This document shows, piece by piece, positions 26,601 to 35,728 of a DNA stretch of 46,806 bases; position 1 is the first letter of the stretch; each line of letters begins with the position of its first letter. Origin of the DNA: a virus (lineage: Duplodnaviria; Caudoviricetes); IMG/VR virus record IMGVR_UViG_3300032287_002815, positions 1 to 46,806 of that record. One strand, written 5' to 3'. A program made the position numbers and the translations under genes. The notes beneath the pieces were generated by a model, which ran no database searches, was not told where the DNA came from, and saw only the letters and a list, made by a program, of their open reading frames with translations.

Positions 26601-29600
26601 TGGACGTGAGACTTAATGTAATCCATGCCAGCATCACGAGCGGCCACCCATGACTTGGTGGACTGATAGATACGCAGCGCGATCTTCGAGGCTTGATAAA
26701 CCACGAAGTTCGACAACGCAGCCACGGCCTCGAACGCCTTGCCACGGGGATCGGTGGCGGCGATTACCTTACCGAGAGCGGCCTCGACGGTGTCGGGGCG
26801 TTGATTGCGCTCAGCCTCAGCATCCAATCGGGAAATAAAGGTAATATCGGAGACAATGTCAGCAGTCGCAGTAGATTTGTTCGGAATGCTTTGTAGCCAT
26901 CGAACGTATTCTGGCGCAGCCTCATCCGAGATTGATTGCAGATCGGAGATAACATCTCCAAAGGTCGCTTGTTCTCCAGTCGATGGATTCGTAAATCGCA
27001 CCCGGCGAGTAGCTTCGTCGGTATCATTCCTAGCCCAATCGGACAGTCGCTTTCCGATTCCACGGTTTGAACCAGATACTCCGCGAATGTCAGCCGTGCT
27101 AGCTTGGAAACGCTGGCTCAACGGAACGACGTTGCCTTGATCGTCGCGGGTGACGGGATCAGCGGATTTGATCTGGGTGGGATCAAGGGCAATGCGGATG
27201 GTTTGAAGCTCCCTGTCTACAAAATCACCGCTGATTTCCACACCGTCATAACCTTGAGATTTCGCCCACCTTCGGAATGCGTCCACGCTCCCGTGGGCAT
27301 CTTTGACTTCTGAACGAAATGCTTCGAGTCCTCCGACGCCATCAAAGCGCAATGGATTCTGAAGACTGAGAAAAGCGCGTACAACCTTAGGTCCGTACAG
27401 TTTTTTGGCCGTAGCTGCGTTGTCTGTGAACCAACTTCCTACCGTATCAAGTTTGAGACCAACGCGATCTTTTGCAGCAGTAAGTCGGTCGAAGACCGTG
27501 AAGTTGCGACTGGTTCCGTGGTAACCTTCATTCCTGAATCCAGCGGTATAAGCCGCCTCATCAACCATCCGCTGAGCCTTAGCCATGTCGCCACTGGCAA
27601 CAGCAGCTGTGTATTCAGCATCTCGAATCAGTCGATCGGCCAACTGGATGTCGTCAGTAGGATCATTCGGAAACTGCTGTCTAGCCTGCGCGATCGCTTG
27701 ACGGATCGCCCGATCTACCGCAACGCCGGCTTGAATTAGGCCCTTGGCAATTTGCAGTGCTAGCTTCGCCAGCGGCGTTAGGAACAACGGGTCTGAGTAT
27801 TGGTTTTCGGAGAGGCCTTTGCTGACTTTGTCGATGGCGTCGATGGCAGATTGGGCCGCCGTCTTTCTCGGCCCAAATCCTTTCTGTCCAGCCGGCAAAC
27901 GACTCGGAGCGTTCGGGCCATACCGGGATGAAATCTCGCGACGAAGGTCTGATCGACGATCAAAGTTTGCGCGAGCCCTCAATGAAATTGGATCACTTCC
28001 TTTGAGGGTTTCCGAAGTCAACTCTGACCCACGACCTACTGCAATAAGCTCATCAGTGATGGCAGAGCTTTCGGCGTCCAAGCGATCCAACTCTTTGTTG
28101 ATCTCGCTGGCCGTCATGGTCGCGGGATCTTTGGTGGCTTTCTTGGCAGGAGCGGGCGCAGCTGGAGTTGTGGCCGGTCCCTCCGGCATTTTTTCGCCCA
28201 ACCTTACGGTCTTGTTCCATTCTTTCGCGTACTCGTAAAATTGTTGTTCAGTGATTTCACCTTCTCGCAATAGGCCTTCAACTTCATTGCGTGTTTTTTG
28301 AAGCAACTGTTCCTTTGTAAGACGCTTTCGTTGTCCTTGAATCTTGGCAAGTCCGGCTTCAGCGCGTTGTTGAATAGCGCCAAGTTTTTCAACACCAGTG
28401 GCCAATGCTGATCCAGCAGCTGGGCCTTCCGATGCGGCAATCCTCTCTTTGTACGCCGCAGACTGAGGATCATTTGCCGCATCCCAAGCCAGCACGGCGC
28501 GTTCTCGAAGCGCATCGCTAAGATTTGCTTGCGCTGCTTTTCGCTCTTCCGATTGACGCGTCCCATCGGCGAGTGATTGCTGTCCAGTCGGAGTGAGTTT
28601 CGGATTCTTGGCAGCAGTAAGAAGGCCCGAATCTTGAGCCTGCTTGATGAGTTCTGGTGTGAGATATTTCGGTTCGTAAGGCCTCTTTGAAGCGCGATTA
28701 GCAAGTGCCTGAAGAGTGTAAAAAATCTGCGGAGGCCGGGGCGGCAAAGATGGATTTGTGCGAACCTGTGTGACCGCCATGTCAGCGGCCGCTTCACGAC
28801 TTGGAGCGGCAGCAAAATCTGCATCCGTGTATCCACGGGTGGGGGTTGCAGGAGCCGGTCCAACTGGTGCAGGTGCAGGAGCGCCAGCAGGCCTAGGCGC
28901 CTGACCAGCCATCGCTTCCTGCTTGTCGCGCAGAATAAAACCTTCGTCCGAAGGATTGCCTGTCACTTGAGATTTCTCACGCAACAGAAACTGGTCGGTT
29001 TCTTGAAGGCCACCAGAACGGGTACGTAGAACCAGCCTTTGTCCAGGGGCTAGTTTTTTGATCTCATACAAACCCTTGCCAACGGCTGTAGCCTTAGCCT
29101 TAAGCGTTTGAAACAGCTTGTTGATTCGTGCCGGGGTATACTCAGGAACAGGTGCAGGGGCCGGGGCGGGTGCGGGGGCCGGGGCGGGTGCGGGGGTCGG
29201 AGTGGGCGCAGGGGTAGGCGTAACCTTCACCTCGGGCATCGAAATCGTCACCACCGGCACAGTCAACGTGGCTGGCTTCTGAGAAGTTCCGCCCTTAGTT
29301 TGGGATGCTAGCTTCTTGAGTTCAGCGCGAACCTGAAGACCGTGTTTGCGGACTTCTTCGGGAGTTAGCCCAGAGACTCCGACCGCCCAGTTTAAGTAAT
29401 CCGCGTCACGCTTAGACGGATTCTTCTGAGTGACAATGAACGCTGCACGATCGAAATCGCTGCCAAATGTCGGCAGATACGCATCCATCGAGACGTTGTA
29501 GCGCGGCTTGGCGCCAGCAAGATCCTTGGGGAGCTTCGCGGATTGGACAGCTGGAGTGACAGGGGTAGGAGCGGGTGTAGGCGCAGGCGCCGGAACCGCC

Positions 29601-31231
29601 TCCGCCTTTACTTGCTGTACTTCTTCCGGGGTGACTTCGGCTTCGGCCCCTCCGACTTCGGCAGGCCGCCCTCCTTGATCCACTTGTCGCAGTCCTACTT
29701 CGACTGGGGGTTGCGGTTCTTCTCGGCGTAGCACGCCTTCATCTGGGCCTTGTTTTTGAACGGCACTGGGTGTGGGGGTTGGGGCTTGTGTTGCAGCCGG
29801 CTCGGTGCCCAAGCGGGCGCGATAGGCCGCGAGAGTGATAGCACCTTCCTCGCTCAGGAGTCCGGCGTCCTCGGCCGTGATCAACTGGTCGAGTTCGTCC
29901 TGCTCGTCGGGAGTCAGGCCGGTCTCGGTATCGACAGGTGCGGCGGGTGTGGGGGCGGGCTCAGGTGTGACTGGCGCGGGCTGGGCGGGAGTCACGACAG
30001 CCTGCGGTGCCGGCGCGGGTGCGGGTGCCTGCTCCTCCGGCATCGGAATCCCAGCCTCCTGGGACATCCGAAGAACATCCTCCGCAGTGATCTCGGGTTC
30101 GATTTCGATCGGGCCGGTGGGTTGAGCACCATCCTCGATGCCGGACACGGTGGCCGCAGAACGGGGCAACGGGTTGGCAGGATCAGCGCCCGTGGCTTCA
30201 GCGACTGCATTTGCAGTGGCGAGATTCGGATTCCGCTCGGAACCAACGACGCCACCGACCAGTCCACCAGTCGCAGCACCGATGAAACCAGCCTGAGCGA
30301 CACCATCCATGATGCCGCGCTCGGGATCGTATGTGACCTTGGCAGCCATGTTGCCCATGGTCTGCTCGAGAGATTCTTGGAGACCCTCGGTGACAGCGCC
30401 TTCTACGCCGCCTCGGATCATGTTCTGAGTGCGGACGCTAGCAGCCTTTGGAACCAGTCTCTCAGCCAAGCGCTCGCCAACGCCGCCGATGGATTTGCGT
30501 CCGTATCGCAGTTTGCCAGCAAGACCTAACGTGCCTTCCGAAACGGCACCGATAGGAGCATTCAGCGCGAATGCTTGGGATTCCAGTTGTGATGCTTGAG
30601 CCTGAAGATCGTTGGCGCCCTGCGTGTCACCCGCAGCCAATCGCTCGGCAATGCGTCGGTTGATTACGCGACGGGCATCTTCGGCTCCAGCTTCACCTGC
30701 TGAGAAGCCGTAGAGAGCGCCGGCGCCGACGGGTCCAGCAATCAACGCACCTGGAAGCACGGACAGCGTGCTACCGATGCCTCCAGAGATTTGAGCCGGA
30801 ATGGTTTCTTGAACCCCTGGCAGCGAAGGCATTGCCTCGCCGGCTGAAATCAAACTCTCGCCAGCTGCGGTCACCGGGCTTCGAGCCGCCATCTGTCGCT
30901 GCTCTTGAACCGTTGATTCAGTGAATGGATCGCCCGACTCAAAGACCCGTGCGAAGCCTTTCGCCGCTTGGCCGAGACCGCTCAATGCAGCCTTCGGTAA
31001 TTCCGCAATTTGTCCGCCCAGCGTCTCCAGCGTACCGTACTCGCCGGCACGGTATTTCGCTGCCTCGAGTTGGGCGGTCTCGTCAGCCATTTCCTGCTGA
31101 CGGCGCTGAATCAGGTTCTGGCGGATCTGGTTCCGATTCTGCTTAACAAAGTCGAAGACCTGATCCTGAGTGTAATCTTCAGGGAAGACTACAGTTCCAA
31201 GTTCCGTTCCAAAATCGACTTCGATGGGCAT
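23630..31231 (-). CDS. Large polyvalent internal virion/injection protein, 2533 aa, with an ART-PolyVal-like domain
   Basis: Last gene of the tail/injection operon; Gly/Ala membrane-like N-terminus, Pro/Ala linkers, YHGT..F..F...G.WFT...NPL...GYDG...QIKS domain, LPD38-like QPYSIRVGD.YISY C-terminus. Confidence 0.85.
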   Translation of the reverse strand: MPIEVDFGTELGTVVFPEDYTQDQVFDFVKQNRNQIRQNLIQRRQQEMADETAQLEAAKYRAGEYGTLETLGGQIAELPKAALSGLGQAAKGFARVFESGDPFTESTVQEQRQMAARSPVTAAGESLISAGEAMPSLPGVQETIPAQISGGIGSTLSVLPGALIAGPVGAGALYGFSAGEAGAEDARRVINRRIAERLAAGDTQGANDLQAQASQLESQAFALNAPIGAVSEGTLGLAGKLRYGRKSIGGVGERLAERLVPKAASVRTQNMIRGGVEGAVTEGLQESLEQTMGNMAAKVTYDPERGIMDGVAQAGFIGAATGGLVGGVVGSERNPNLATANAVAEATGADPANPLPRSAATVSGIEDGAQPTGPIEIEPEITAEDVLRMSQEAGIPMPEEQAPAPAPAPQAVVTPAQPAPVTPEPAPTPAAPVDTETGLTPDEQDELDQLITAEDAGLLSEEGAITLAAYRARLGTEPAATQAPTPTPSAVQKQGPDEGVLRREEPQPPVEVGLRQVDQGGRPAEVGGAEAEVTPEEVQQVKAEAVPAPAPTPAPTPVTPAVQSAKLPKDLAGAKPRYNVSMDAYLPTFGSDFDRAAFIVTQKNPSKRDADYLNWAVGVSGLTPEEVRKHGLQVRAELKKLASQTKGGTSQKPATLTVPVVTISMPEVKVTPTPAPTPTPAPAPAPAPAPAPAPVPEYTPARINKLFQTLKAKATAVGKGLYEIKKLAPGQRLVLRTRSGGLQETDQFLLREKSQVTGNPSDEGFILRDKQEAMAGQAPRPAGAPAPAPVGPAPATPTRGYTDADFAAAPSREAAADMAVTQVRTNPSLPPRPPQIFYTLQALANRASKRPYEPKYLTPELIKQAQDSGLLTAAKNPKLTPTGQQSLADGTRQSEERKAAQANLSDALRERAVLAWDAANDPQSAAYKERIAASEGPAAGSALATGVEKLGAIQQRAEAGLAKIQGQRKRLTKEQLLQKTRNEVEGLLREGEITEQQFYEYAKEWNKTVRLGEKMPEGPATTPAAPAPAKKATKDPATMTASEINKELDRLDAESSAITDELIAVGRGSELTSETLKGSDPISLRARANFDRRSDLRREISSRYGPNAPSRLPAGQKGFGPRKTAAQSAIDAIDKVSKGLSENQYSDPLFLTPLAKLALQIAKGLIQAGVAVDRAIRQAIAQARQQFPNDPTDDIQLADRLIRDAEYTAAVASGDMAKAQRMVDEAAYTAGFRNEGYHGTSRNFTVFDRLTAAKDRVGLKLDTVGSWFTDNAATAKKLYGPKVVRAFLSLQNPLRFDGVGGLEAFRSEVKDAHGSVDAFRRWAKSQGYDGVEISGDFVDRELQTIRIALDPTQIKSADPVTRDDQGNVVPLSQRFQASTADIRGVSGSNRGIGKRLSDWARNDTDEATRRVRFTNPSTGEQATFGDVISDLQSISDEAAPEYVRWLQSIPNKSTATADIVSDITFISRLDAEAERNQRPDTVEAALGKVIAATDPRGKAFEAVAALSNFVVYQASKIALRIYQSTKSWVAARDAGMDYIKSHVQLDNEPETAANFEEHIKAFPNQEIPAGTPERPQPPSPAERVESRGIFRGEVTRDTDANWQAEARKWVDFYKGNLEQAFQGFMGADIDKALREYVGGELLQRSELDVARAKNPIDLLRALNLQARIAAALVQAGSDFGKQGRARQLTFARYAWMVPQLVYRRLINEQQKRKIPFPEITASQVRDWLVESGQQAIDQVKEAMKEADNVFAREFRKIKQVAGEAKGPPIEIKWSEILTKSLQTQGSVRQKMLQVILADPRLKNLSPAGIAEITNLLTTAWENKRNQIFRAEFAKKVPLPTVKPDAREKLFRSLPRILKYANIARATPGEQVTTDGPDTFLLWEQAFRDAVAPEFGVAEINGLTARKLTELAQRAQAAQGTNRNQIIQEMFRLMAREGGVRFSDVLRDYWYAAVLSGTRTQLDNALNILNGALNTVMLAGLSGKEAGLITKSALKGLDEGIRDFWPMLWRGELYRSVNFNPDQPGNSLEGLGESRNLFAKGLSQAKYVSRLMLALDHVTAMMSDGAAKAYALNKEVGSEEARNLMLPEADIVKAARDRAIAEGTRPDLVNKRTREILQESFPVDVLMTSKDIREAVTFTEVPQGVMGSLYEGLNAASRKFPALKFLTGTNFVRFAANYTNELLNYAAPIAVYRWIQSAPGKSDQPGGLQYTPARRDLLRAKAVIGSALGATAAALFLGDDDKEEDRDIDITGSFKSLDPNKRKQLLAEGRQPYSIRVGDTYISYRQLGFGGLLGAIGELRDRQLFEPEKWNQEGIIAKVQDAATAGLFIVKDSSAISGLTEFLGFANAYKYDTNEIVEKSAPRYLARLGGSFVPNILKEVDAWSDPSIFKAEPGGLGHEYFLQQVPFARREIGPGPILNVLGEPVRVERYPYSRWVTQRSEDPAWNTLGQLASRGVFMPTPAITVKVNENGTRREMTREEKYAYQRAVGQGYRKFIEQNSKRLLALPPTEAADFIDKNADRIRRNARTNLKNSF

Positions 31232-31232
31232 A

Positions 31233-32426
31233 TCAGAGTTCTACGGGGTTTTCGCTGTCCGGCTGGTTCAGAATGGCGTCCCACTCTTCCGGTGACAACT
31301 GGATTGGTCCAGAAGCCGGAGTCTGCGGGGAAACCACTTCGGTTTCTGGCATAGCCATCGGAGCGGCAGTACGAGGCAGTGCGCCTCCCATGATCTGTCC
31401 GAGAGTAAATCTCTTGGTTTGCTGAGCCGCCGCCTCGGCGCGGTTCTTGGGTTTTCCAACAGCAGGTGCGCCTGACATCTGACTACGGCGCATACGTTCT
31501 CCTTCCAGTCGAGCCACCGCTTCTTTAGCCGTAAGTCCCGACGATTCACCCATGAAACCAGCCACGTCCGGACGCACATCAATGTTGCCCTCTTTGGTCC
31601 GATAGACATTAACGTCGCCTTCACTTTTTGCGCTCAACGTCTTGAGCTTCTTCAGCGCAGCGTCGATGTCGTCATACAAACCGGGTTCCTTCTCGGGGGC
31701 AGCCAACAACGAAGCGCGATAGGCACGCGCCTCTTCAGGGGTTCCTTCAAAGACTTCCTTGGGTCCATTGGGTCCTTGTTCGATTTTAACTCTCGGACCC
31801 TTCGCGGCCGCAGCTCTCGGGCTCGGGCCAACGTAGGCGTACCTAGAGCCACCGATCGTGGTCTGAGGATACTGCGAAAGATCCTGTTGCCCCTGGAGAA
31901 TCCCAGCTGTGGTCGGTCGGGCGGCGATTTGATCTTCCACGACTCCTGGAAGTTTGACCAAGCCGCGACGTGCTAGCGCGTTCTCGTAGGCAGACGTGCG
32001 CTGAAGCTGACGCGCCATGCCTTGGTTGTACGCCAGCTTGTACTCGGGGCTTTCGATGATCTCAGGCGCCAACGGTTCGTTGACGTTGAACTCGCCGGCA
32101 CGGGCGCCGAGGGCAGTGCGTAGCTGCTGAGTTTGGAGGCGCTGATCCCGCTTCACAGCTGACCCTGCGTAGTCGGGTTCACCTTGAGGATTCAGCACAA
32201 GATCCTGACCAAACTGTCCCGCCGCAGCATCGAGACGAGCTTTGATGCGCTCATCGAGTGCAGCCCTTCGTTCGATACCCAGCTGGTTGTAATAGTCCTG
32301 CCGGATCCGCGCCTCTTCCTGCCGTTGCGCTGCTGCTTCCTCCCTATACTGCCGCTGATTCGCCAGCTGCACGCCTTGGAGGTACGACTGCCCGATGTTT
32401 TCGAGTCCTGAGAAGGGGTTTGCCAT
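31233..32426 (-). CDS. Putative internal virion (DNA ejection) protein, 397 aa
   Basis: Position; MANPFSGLENIGQSYLQG start; Q/R/A-rich helices. Confidence 0.65.
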   Translation of the reverse strand: MANPFSGLENIGQSYLQGVQLANQRQYREEAAAQRQEEARIRQDYYNQLGIERRAALDERIKARLDAAAGQFGQDLVLNPQGEPDYAGSAVKRDQRLQTQQLRTALGARAGEFNVNEPLAPEIIESPEYKLAYNQGMARQLQRTSAYENALARRGLVKLPGVVEDQIAARPTTAGILQGQQDLSQYPQTTIGGSRYAYVGPSPRAAAAKGPRVKIEQGPNGPKEVFEGTPEEARAYRASLLAAPEKEPGLYDDIDAALKKLKTLSAKSEGDVNVYRTKEGNIDVRPDVAGFMGESSGLTAKEAVARLEGERMRRSQMSGAPAVGKPKNRAEAAAQQTKRFTLGQIMGGALPRTAAPMAMPETEVVSPQTPASGPIQLSPEEWDAILNQPDSENPVEL

Positions 32427-32432
32427 AATCGT

Positions 32433-33191
32433 TTAGAGTAGTCCCTCACGGCCGTAGCCAGTCGGCATTCCAGTTGAATAATTCCAATCACCACTGCCAC
32501 CGCCAGCAGCGCGACTCTGCGCTCCCAGCTGCGCAAATCCAAGGTTCGTCAATCCGGATCCAAGTGATCCAAATGCTTGCCCGGCAATTCCAGTTGCGCT
32601 CGGCATACCTGCAACACCAAGGAGCGCCTGCTGTTGTGCGCTGCGTTCACCACCGCGCAATGCGGCAATCTGCTGTGGCGTGAACTCGTAGTTTGCCAGC
32701 GGAGCCAGTGGTGTGGTTCCAAGGATGTTGGCGAACTGTTGATTGCCGAGGTTTGCGAAGTCCAAGCTGGTTCGTCCGAGGTCCCGGGCAACGAGGTTTC
32801 TGCCAGCTGCGCTTCCAGCATATCCGCCCTGAAGAGCTTGGCCGGCTGCTTTGCGTTGAACCTGCGCCGCGACATCAGGCGGCAGTTCCCCTCGAAGCAG
32901 TGCTAGCGCGTTCTGAGTACGCTGCGCTTGGCCCTCTTGATAACCAGGTATCTGTATGCCAAGCGACTCCAGCAGCTGGGCGCGGTTGAACGCGTTACGC
33001 TCGGCCTCCATCTCGCGGGCGCGGGGAGCATTCAAGGAGGACTCTCCAAGAACGGACCCGATGTTAATGCCAGGAAGGTTTGCGGCATCGCGGGCCTGCC
33101 GGCGCCCCGCGCTCGCAGACGATGCCTGCATTGCTGCGCCCGCCGCTGATCCGGCGGTCCCAAGTGCTACTGCTGTTCCTACCCAAGACAT
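32433..33191 (-). CDS. Putative DNA pilot/ejection protein, 252 aa
   Basis: MSWVGTAVALG hydrophobic Gly/Ala N-terminus; Q/A/G-rich. Confidence 0.7.
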   Translation of the reverse strand: MSWVGTAVALGTAGSAAGAAMQASSASAGRRQARDAANLPGINIGSVLGESSLNAPRAREMEAERNAFNRAQLLESLGIQIPGYQEGQAQRTQNALALLRGELPPDVAAQVQRKAAGQALQGGYAGSAAGRNLVARDLGRTSLDFANLGNQQFANILGTTPLAPLANYEFTPQQIAALRGGERSAQQQALLGVAGMPSATGIAGQAFGSLGSGLTNLGFAQLGAQSRAAGGGSGDWNYSTGMPTGYGREGLL

Positions 33192-33643
33192 AGTAAATAT
33201 TTGTTATTCCTCACGTAAGTGAGGTCGTTGCGTATCTCTTCGTGATCTTTCTTGTTCTGAGGATTGGGATGGACTGTCACCCAGACCGTATCCTCTTGAA
33301 TCAAAATCGCCCTTCGCGTCTGCGGCAGGGTAATTCCGTACATCGGCGCCGTGTAGGTCACCAACCCCTCGGTTTCACTGATCACCGTGAGCTTTCCTTG
33401 AAGCAGGAAAAACGGGTGATCGAACTTGTGAATACGACTGGTGATGATTGATCCAGCTGGCGCAAAGATTTCCCGCACGTACAACCCCTCTGGGTAAGTA
33501 TGGTTGAGCGGGCACTCGATCTGCGGCTTGTCCGAGACAAACGCTTCCCAACGATCCAGTCGATCGTCGAGCGGAACGTCTGCGTCGGTCAGAAATTCCA
33601 ACCACGTCACCGGCTGCACTACAACTGGAAGCTCTTCGGTCAT
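33179..33643 (-). CDS. Cupin-fold protein
   Basis: GLYVREIFAPAG...IHKFDH.F...G...EDTVWVTVH; usual position before ejection genes. Confidence 0.75.
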   Translation of the reverse strand: MTEELPVVVQPVTWLEFLTDADVPLDDRLDRWEAFVSDKPQIECPLNHTYPEGLYVREIFAPAGSIITSRIHKFDHPFFLLQGKLTVISETEGLVTYTAPMYGITLPQTRRAILIQEDTVWVTVHPNPQNKKDHEEIRNDLTYVRNNKYLLCLG

Positions 33644-34734
33644 CAGATAAATCCACCGAAGATGAACTGAGTCTTTGCCGATCCGAATGGCTGCACGTTG
33701 ATCACGCTGCGCTCGTTCGGGCTGTAGGCTTCGAGTTCGTTTCTGAGGGATCGCAGTGACAACTGGATCTCGCGCTCAGCCTCGGTGTACTGATTTCGGT
33801 CCTCCTTCTGGATGGCCTTCATCATGTGCTTGATCGCCTGGAGATTGCCGATGAACAGCCAATCGGAGTCAACGATGGCCGGGATGAACTCCAGGCGCAC
33901 GATCGCCTCGACTACCGTGTTGGTGCATTCCTCATCTGGAGGCACGCATCCGTCGCCGTGGTCGATGCAGTCATTCTCCGCTTGCGCGTTGCACCCAGAG
34001 GTTCCACCGCAGACCTCGGGCATACCAATCAGGTAGGTCCGGCGATACTCGGGGTTTTCTTCGCTGGGACCCCAGACGGCCACCTGTGTAGAAATCGTCG
34101 TGGTAGGGTTGTAGGCCACGATCGTGACGCGTCCTTGAGTCAGCGGCTTCTGGGCACCATTGAGACCAGGCTGCTTAAACAGGTTCGTAGTCTCAACGAA
34201 CGGCGTGATAGCAGGGTTCGGCAACGTGACGTACTCGCCCCAGACGTACTCGCCGCTCACCGTATCCAGCGTGCGGATCTCCTCGTTGGTCGCGGGATCT
34301 ATGCCCTGAAGTAGGATACGTTTGCCGGCATCGGCCGTCAGAGACGGGTACACACGGAACTTGCAGCTGCCTACTGAGTCCCGAAACTGCGTGACCATGC
34401 CCCGATCCAGCAACTCTTCAGCTTCACAACCCTCACGGCCGCAACCGGTGCGCGGCGCTCGCTCGTCGGTCTGGAACTCGTACCACTGATTCTGGATCGG
34501 GATGTTGTACCCGCAAAGGTTCATCGCTTCGATCGTCTTGACCTCGCGAGGCCAAGTGATGCAGCCGGCGGTGACGCAGATGCGGAGCTTCTTGTACGTG
34601 CCCCACCACTTGCCCATGTCGGCAAGCCGCGCTTGAGCCTCGTTCAGCAGCTGGACGAAACGCTCGTCGCAGGTGGCCAGACCAACAGCCTGTGCGATCG
34701 TGGAGTTCTTGGCTTGGGCGAGGGTTTTTCTCAT
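33643..34734 (-). CDS. Tail tubular protein A / adaptor-like, Cys-rich, 363 aa
   Basis: LNEAQARL N-terminal helix, position in the tail operon, helical C-terminus. Confidence 0.6.
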   Translation of the reverse strand: MRKTLAQAKNSTIAQAVGLATCDERFVQLLNEAQARLADMGKWWGTYKKLRICVTAGCITWPREVKTIEAMNLCGYNIPIQNQWYEFQTDERAPRTGCGREGCEAEELLDRGMVTQFRDSVGSCKFRVYPSLTADAGKRILLQGIDPATNEEIRTLDTVSGEYVWGEYVTLPNPAITPFVETTNLFKQPGLNGAQKPLTQGRVTIVAYNPTTTISTQVAVWGPSEENPEYRRTYLIGMPEVCGGTSGCNAQAENDCIDHGDGCVPPDEECTNTVVEAIVRLEFIPAIVDSDWLFIGNLQAIKHMMKAIQKEDRNQYTEAEREIQLSLRSLRNELEAYSPNERSVINVQPFGSAKTQFIFGGFI

Positions 34735-35726
34735 GGCGGGGTGTAGAGGGGATTCAGAGCCGTCGCGTAGACCTTGATTCCGTAGTCAGCGGGAACCATA
34801 AAAGCAGATACAAAGAAGAGCGTCGGAAAAAGATCGTTGGACGGAGGGGCCAACGTCGGAAGCTGGCACCAAACAGTGACGTTGCTGGCATTGGCAACGG
34901 TGAGAAAATTCGGAGCACCATTCGGAACACCGCCCTGATGAACCATCATTGCAGCGTCAATTTCTTCTCCTGAGTACCAAGTGAAAACCTTTCCTGACGA
35001 ACTGGTCCAAGCAACACTTCCGGCCGCAGTTCGCTTGATTACGGTGCGAACCATGAACGGAATGATTCCAAGTCCTGTCGAAGGATTTGAAAACCCATGA
35101 GGAAACAGTAACGCCGTGCCATCTGCTGGTATCGCTTGGATTGCCGACTCATACGTCAAAAACTGCCGCAAGCTCTGCCGCGTCAAGTCCCGCTTCTGCG
35201 TGATCAACTGGAAATTCACGCCATCAAAGAGCACGGTAACCACCTGACCAACCAAGATGTCGTTGGCGGTCAACGCTGATAATCCGTCTTTGGTTATCGT
35301 CTTGGCACCGCGTCCATCCACATTCAGCGTGCAAGCGCCAGCATTGGTGTGGTTTGCGAGGAAAGTGTAAATCTGACCAGTCCGGTAGGCCGAAGCAGCA
35401 TTGGGGTAAGCCGGCGAATTGGTAACCGCATAGTTTCCACCTGCACCTGTTGCCGTGCCTGCAAACACCACTTCGCTGCTGGATCGAATCCATGCCAGAT
35501 CGGTGGGGTTTCCAGACCACTTCATCACGTCGATCGGTCGATCAGACGAATCGGTACGCAGCCAATAGAGCGCAGTGTTTCCGGGTGCAGTTTGAGACGT
35601 CACCCATTCCGCGCCGGTATTCAGGTTTCCAATCAGCGCAGCCGCGTAAGCGTCCAGGCGATCCTGTTCGCTCGCGTAGCATTGGGGAGGCGGAAGCTCT
35701 CCGGCTGTGATGTCAATCGTTGGCAT
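34731..35726 (-). CDS. Tail fibre-related structural protein, 331 aa
   Basis: TNAGACTLNVDGRGAKTITK...L.ANDI..GQ.V...FDG.NFQL motif typical of tail-fibre N-terminal domains. Confidence 0.7.
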   Translation of the reverse strand: MPTIDITAGELPPPQCYASEQDRLDAYAAALIGNLNTGAEWVTSQTAPGNTALYWLRTDSSDRPIDVMKWSGNPTDLAWIRSSSEVVFAGTATGAGGNYAVTNSPAYPNAASAYRTGQIYTFLANHTNAGACTLNVDGRGAKTITKDGLSALTANDILVGQVVTVLFDGVNFQLITQKRDLTRQSLRQFLTYESAIQAIPADGTALLFPHGFSNPSTGLGIIPFMVRTVIKRTAAGSVAWTSSSGKVFTWYSGEEIDAAMMVHQGGVPNGAPNFLTVANASNVTVWCQLPTLAPPSNDLFPTLFFVSAFMVPADYGIKVYATALNPLYTPP

Positions 35727-35728
35727 GG

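Noticed and set aside
29150-29220. G-rich tandem repeat as a regulatory element
   Set aside because: Fully explained by a Pro-Ala linker encoded on the minus strand.
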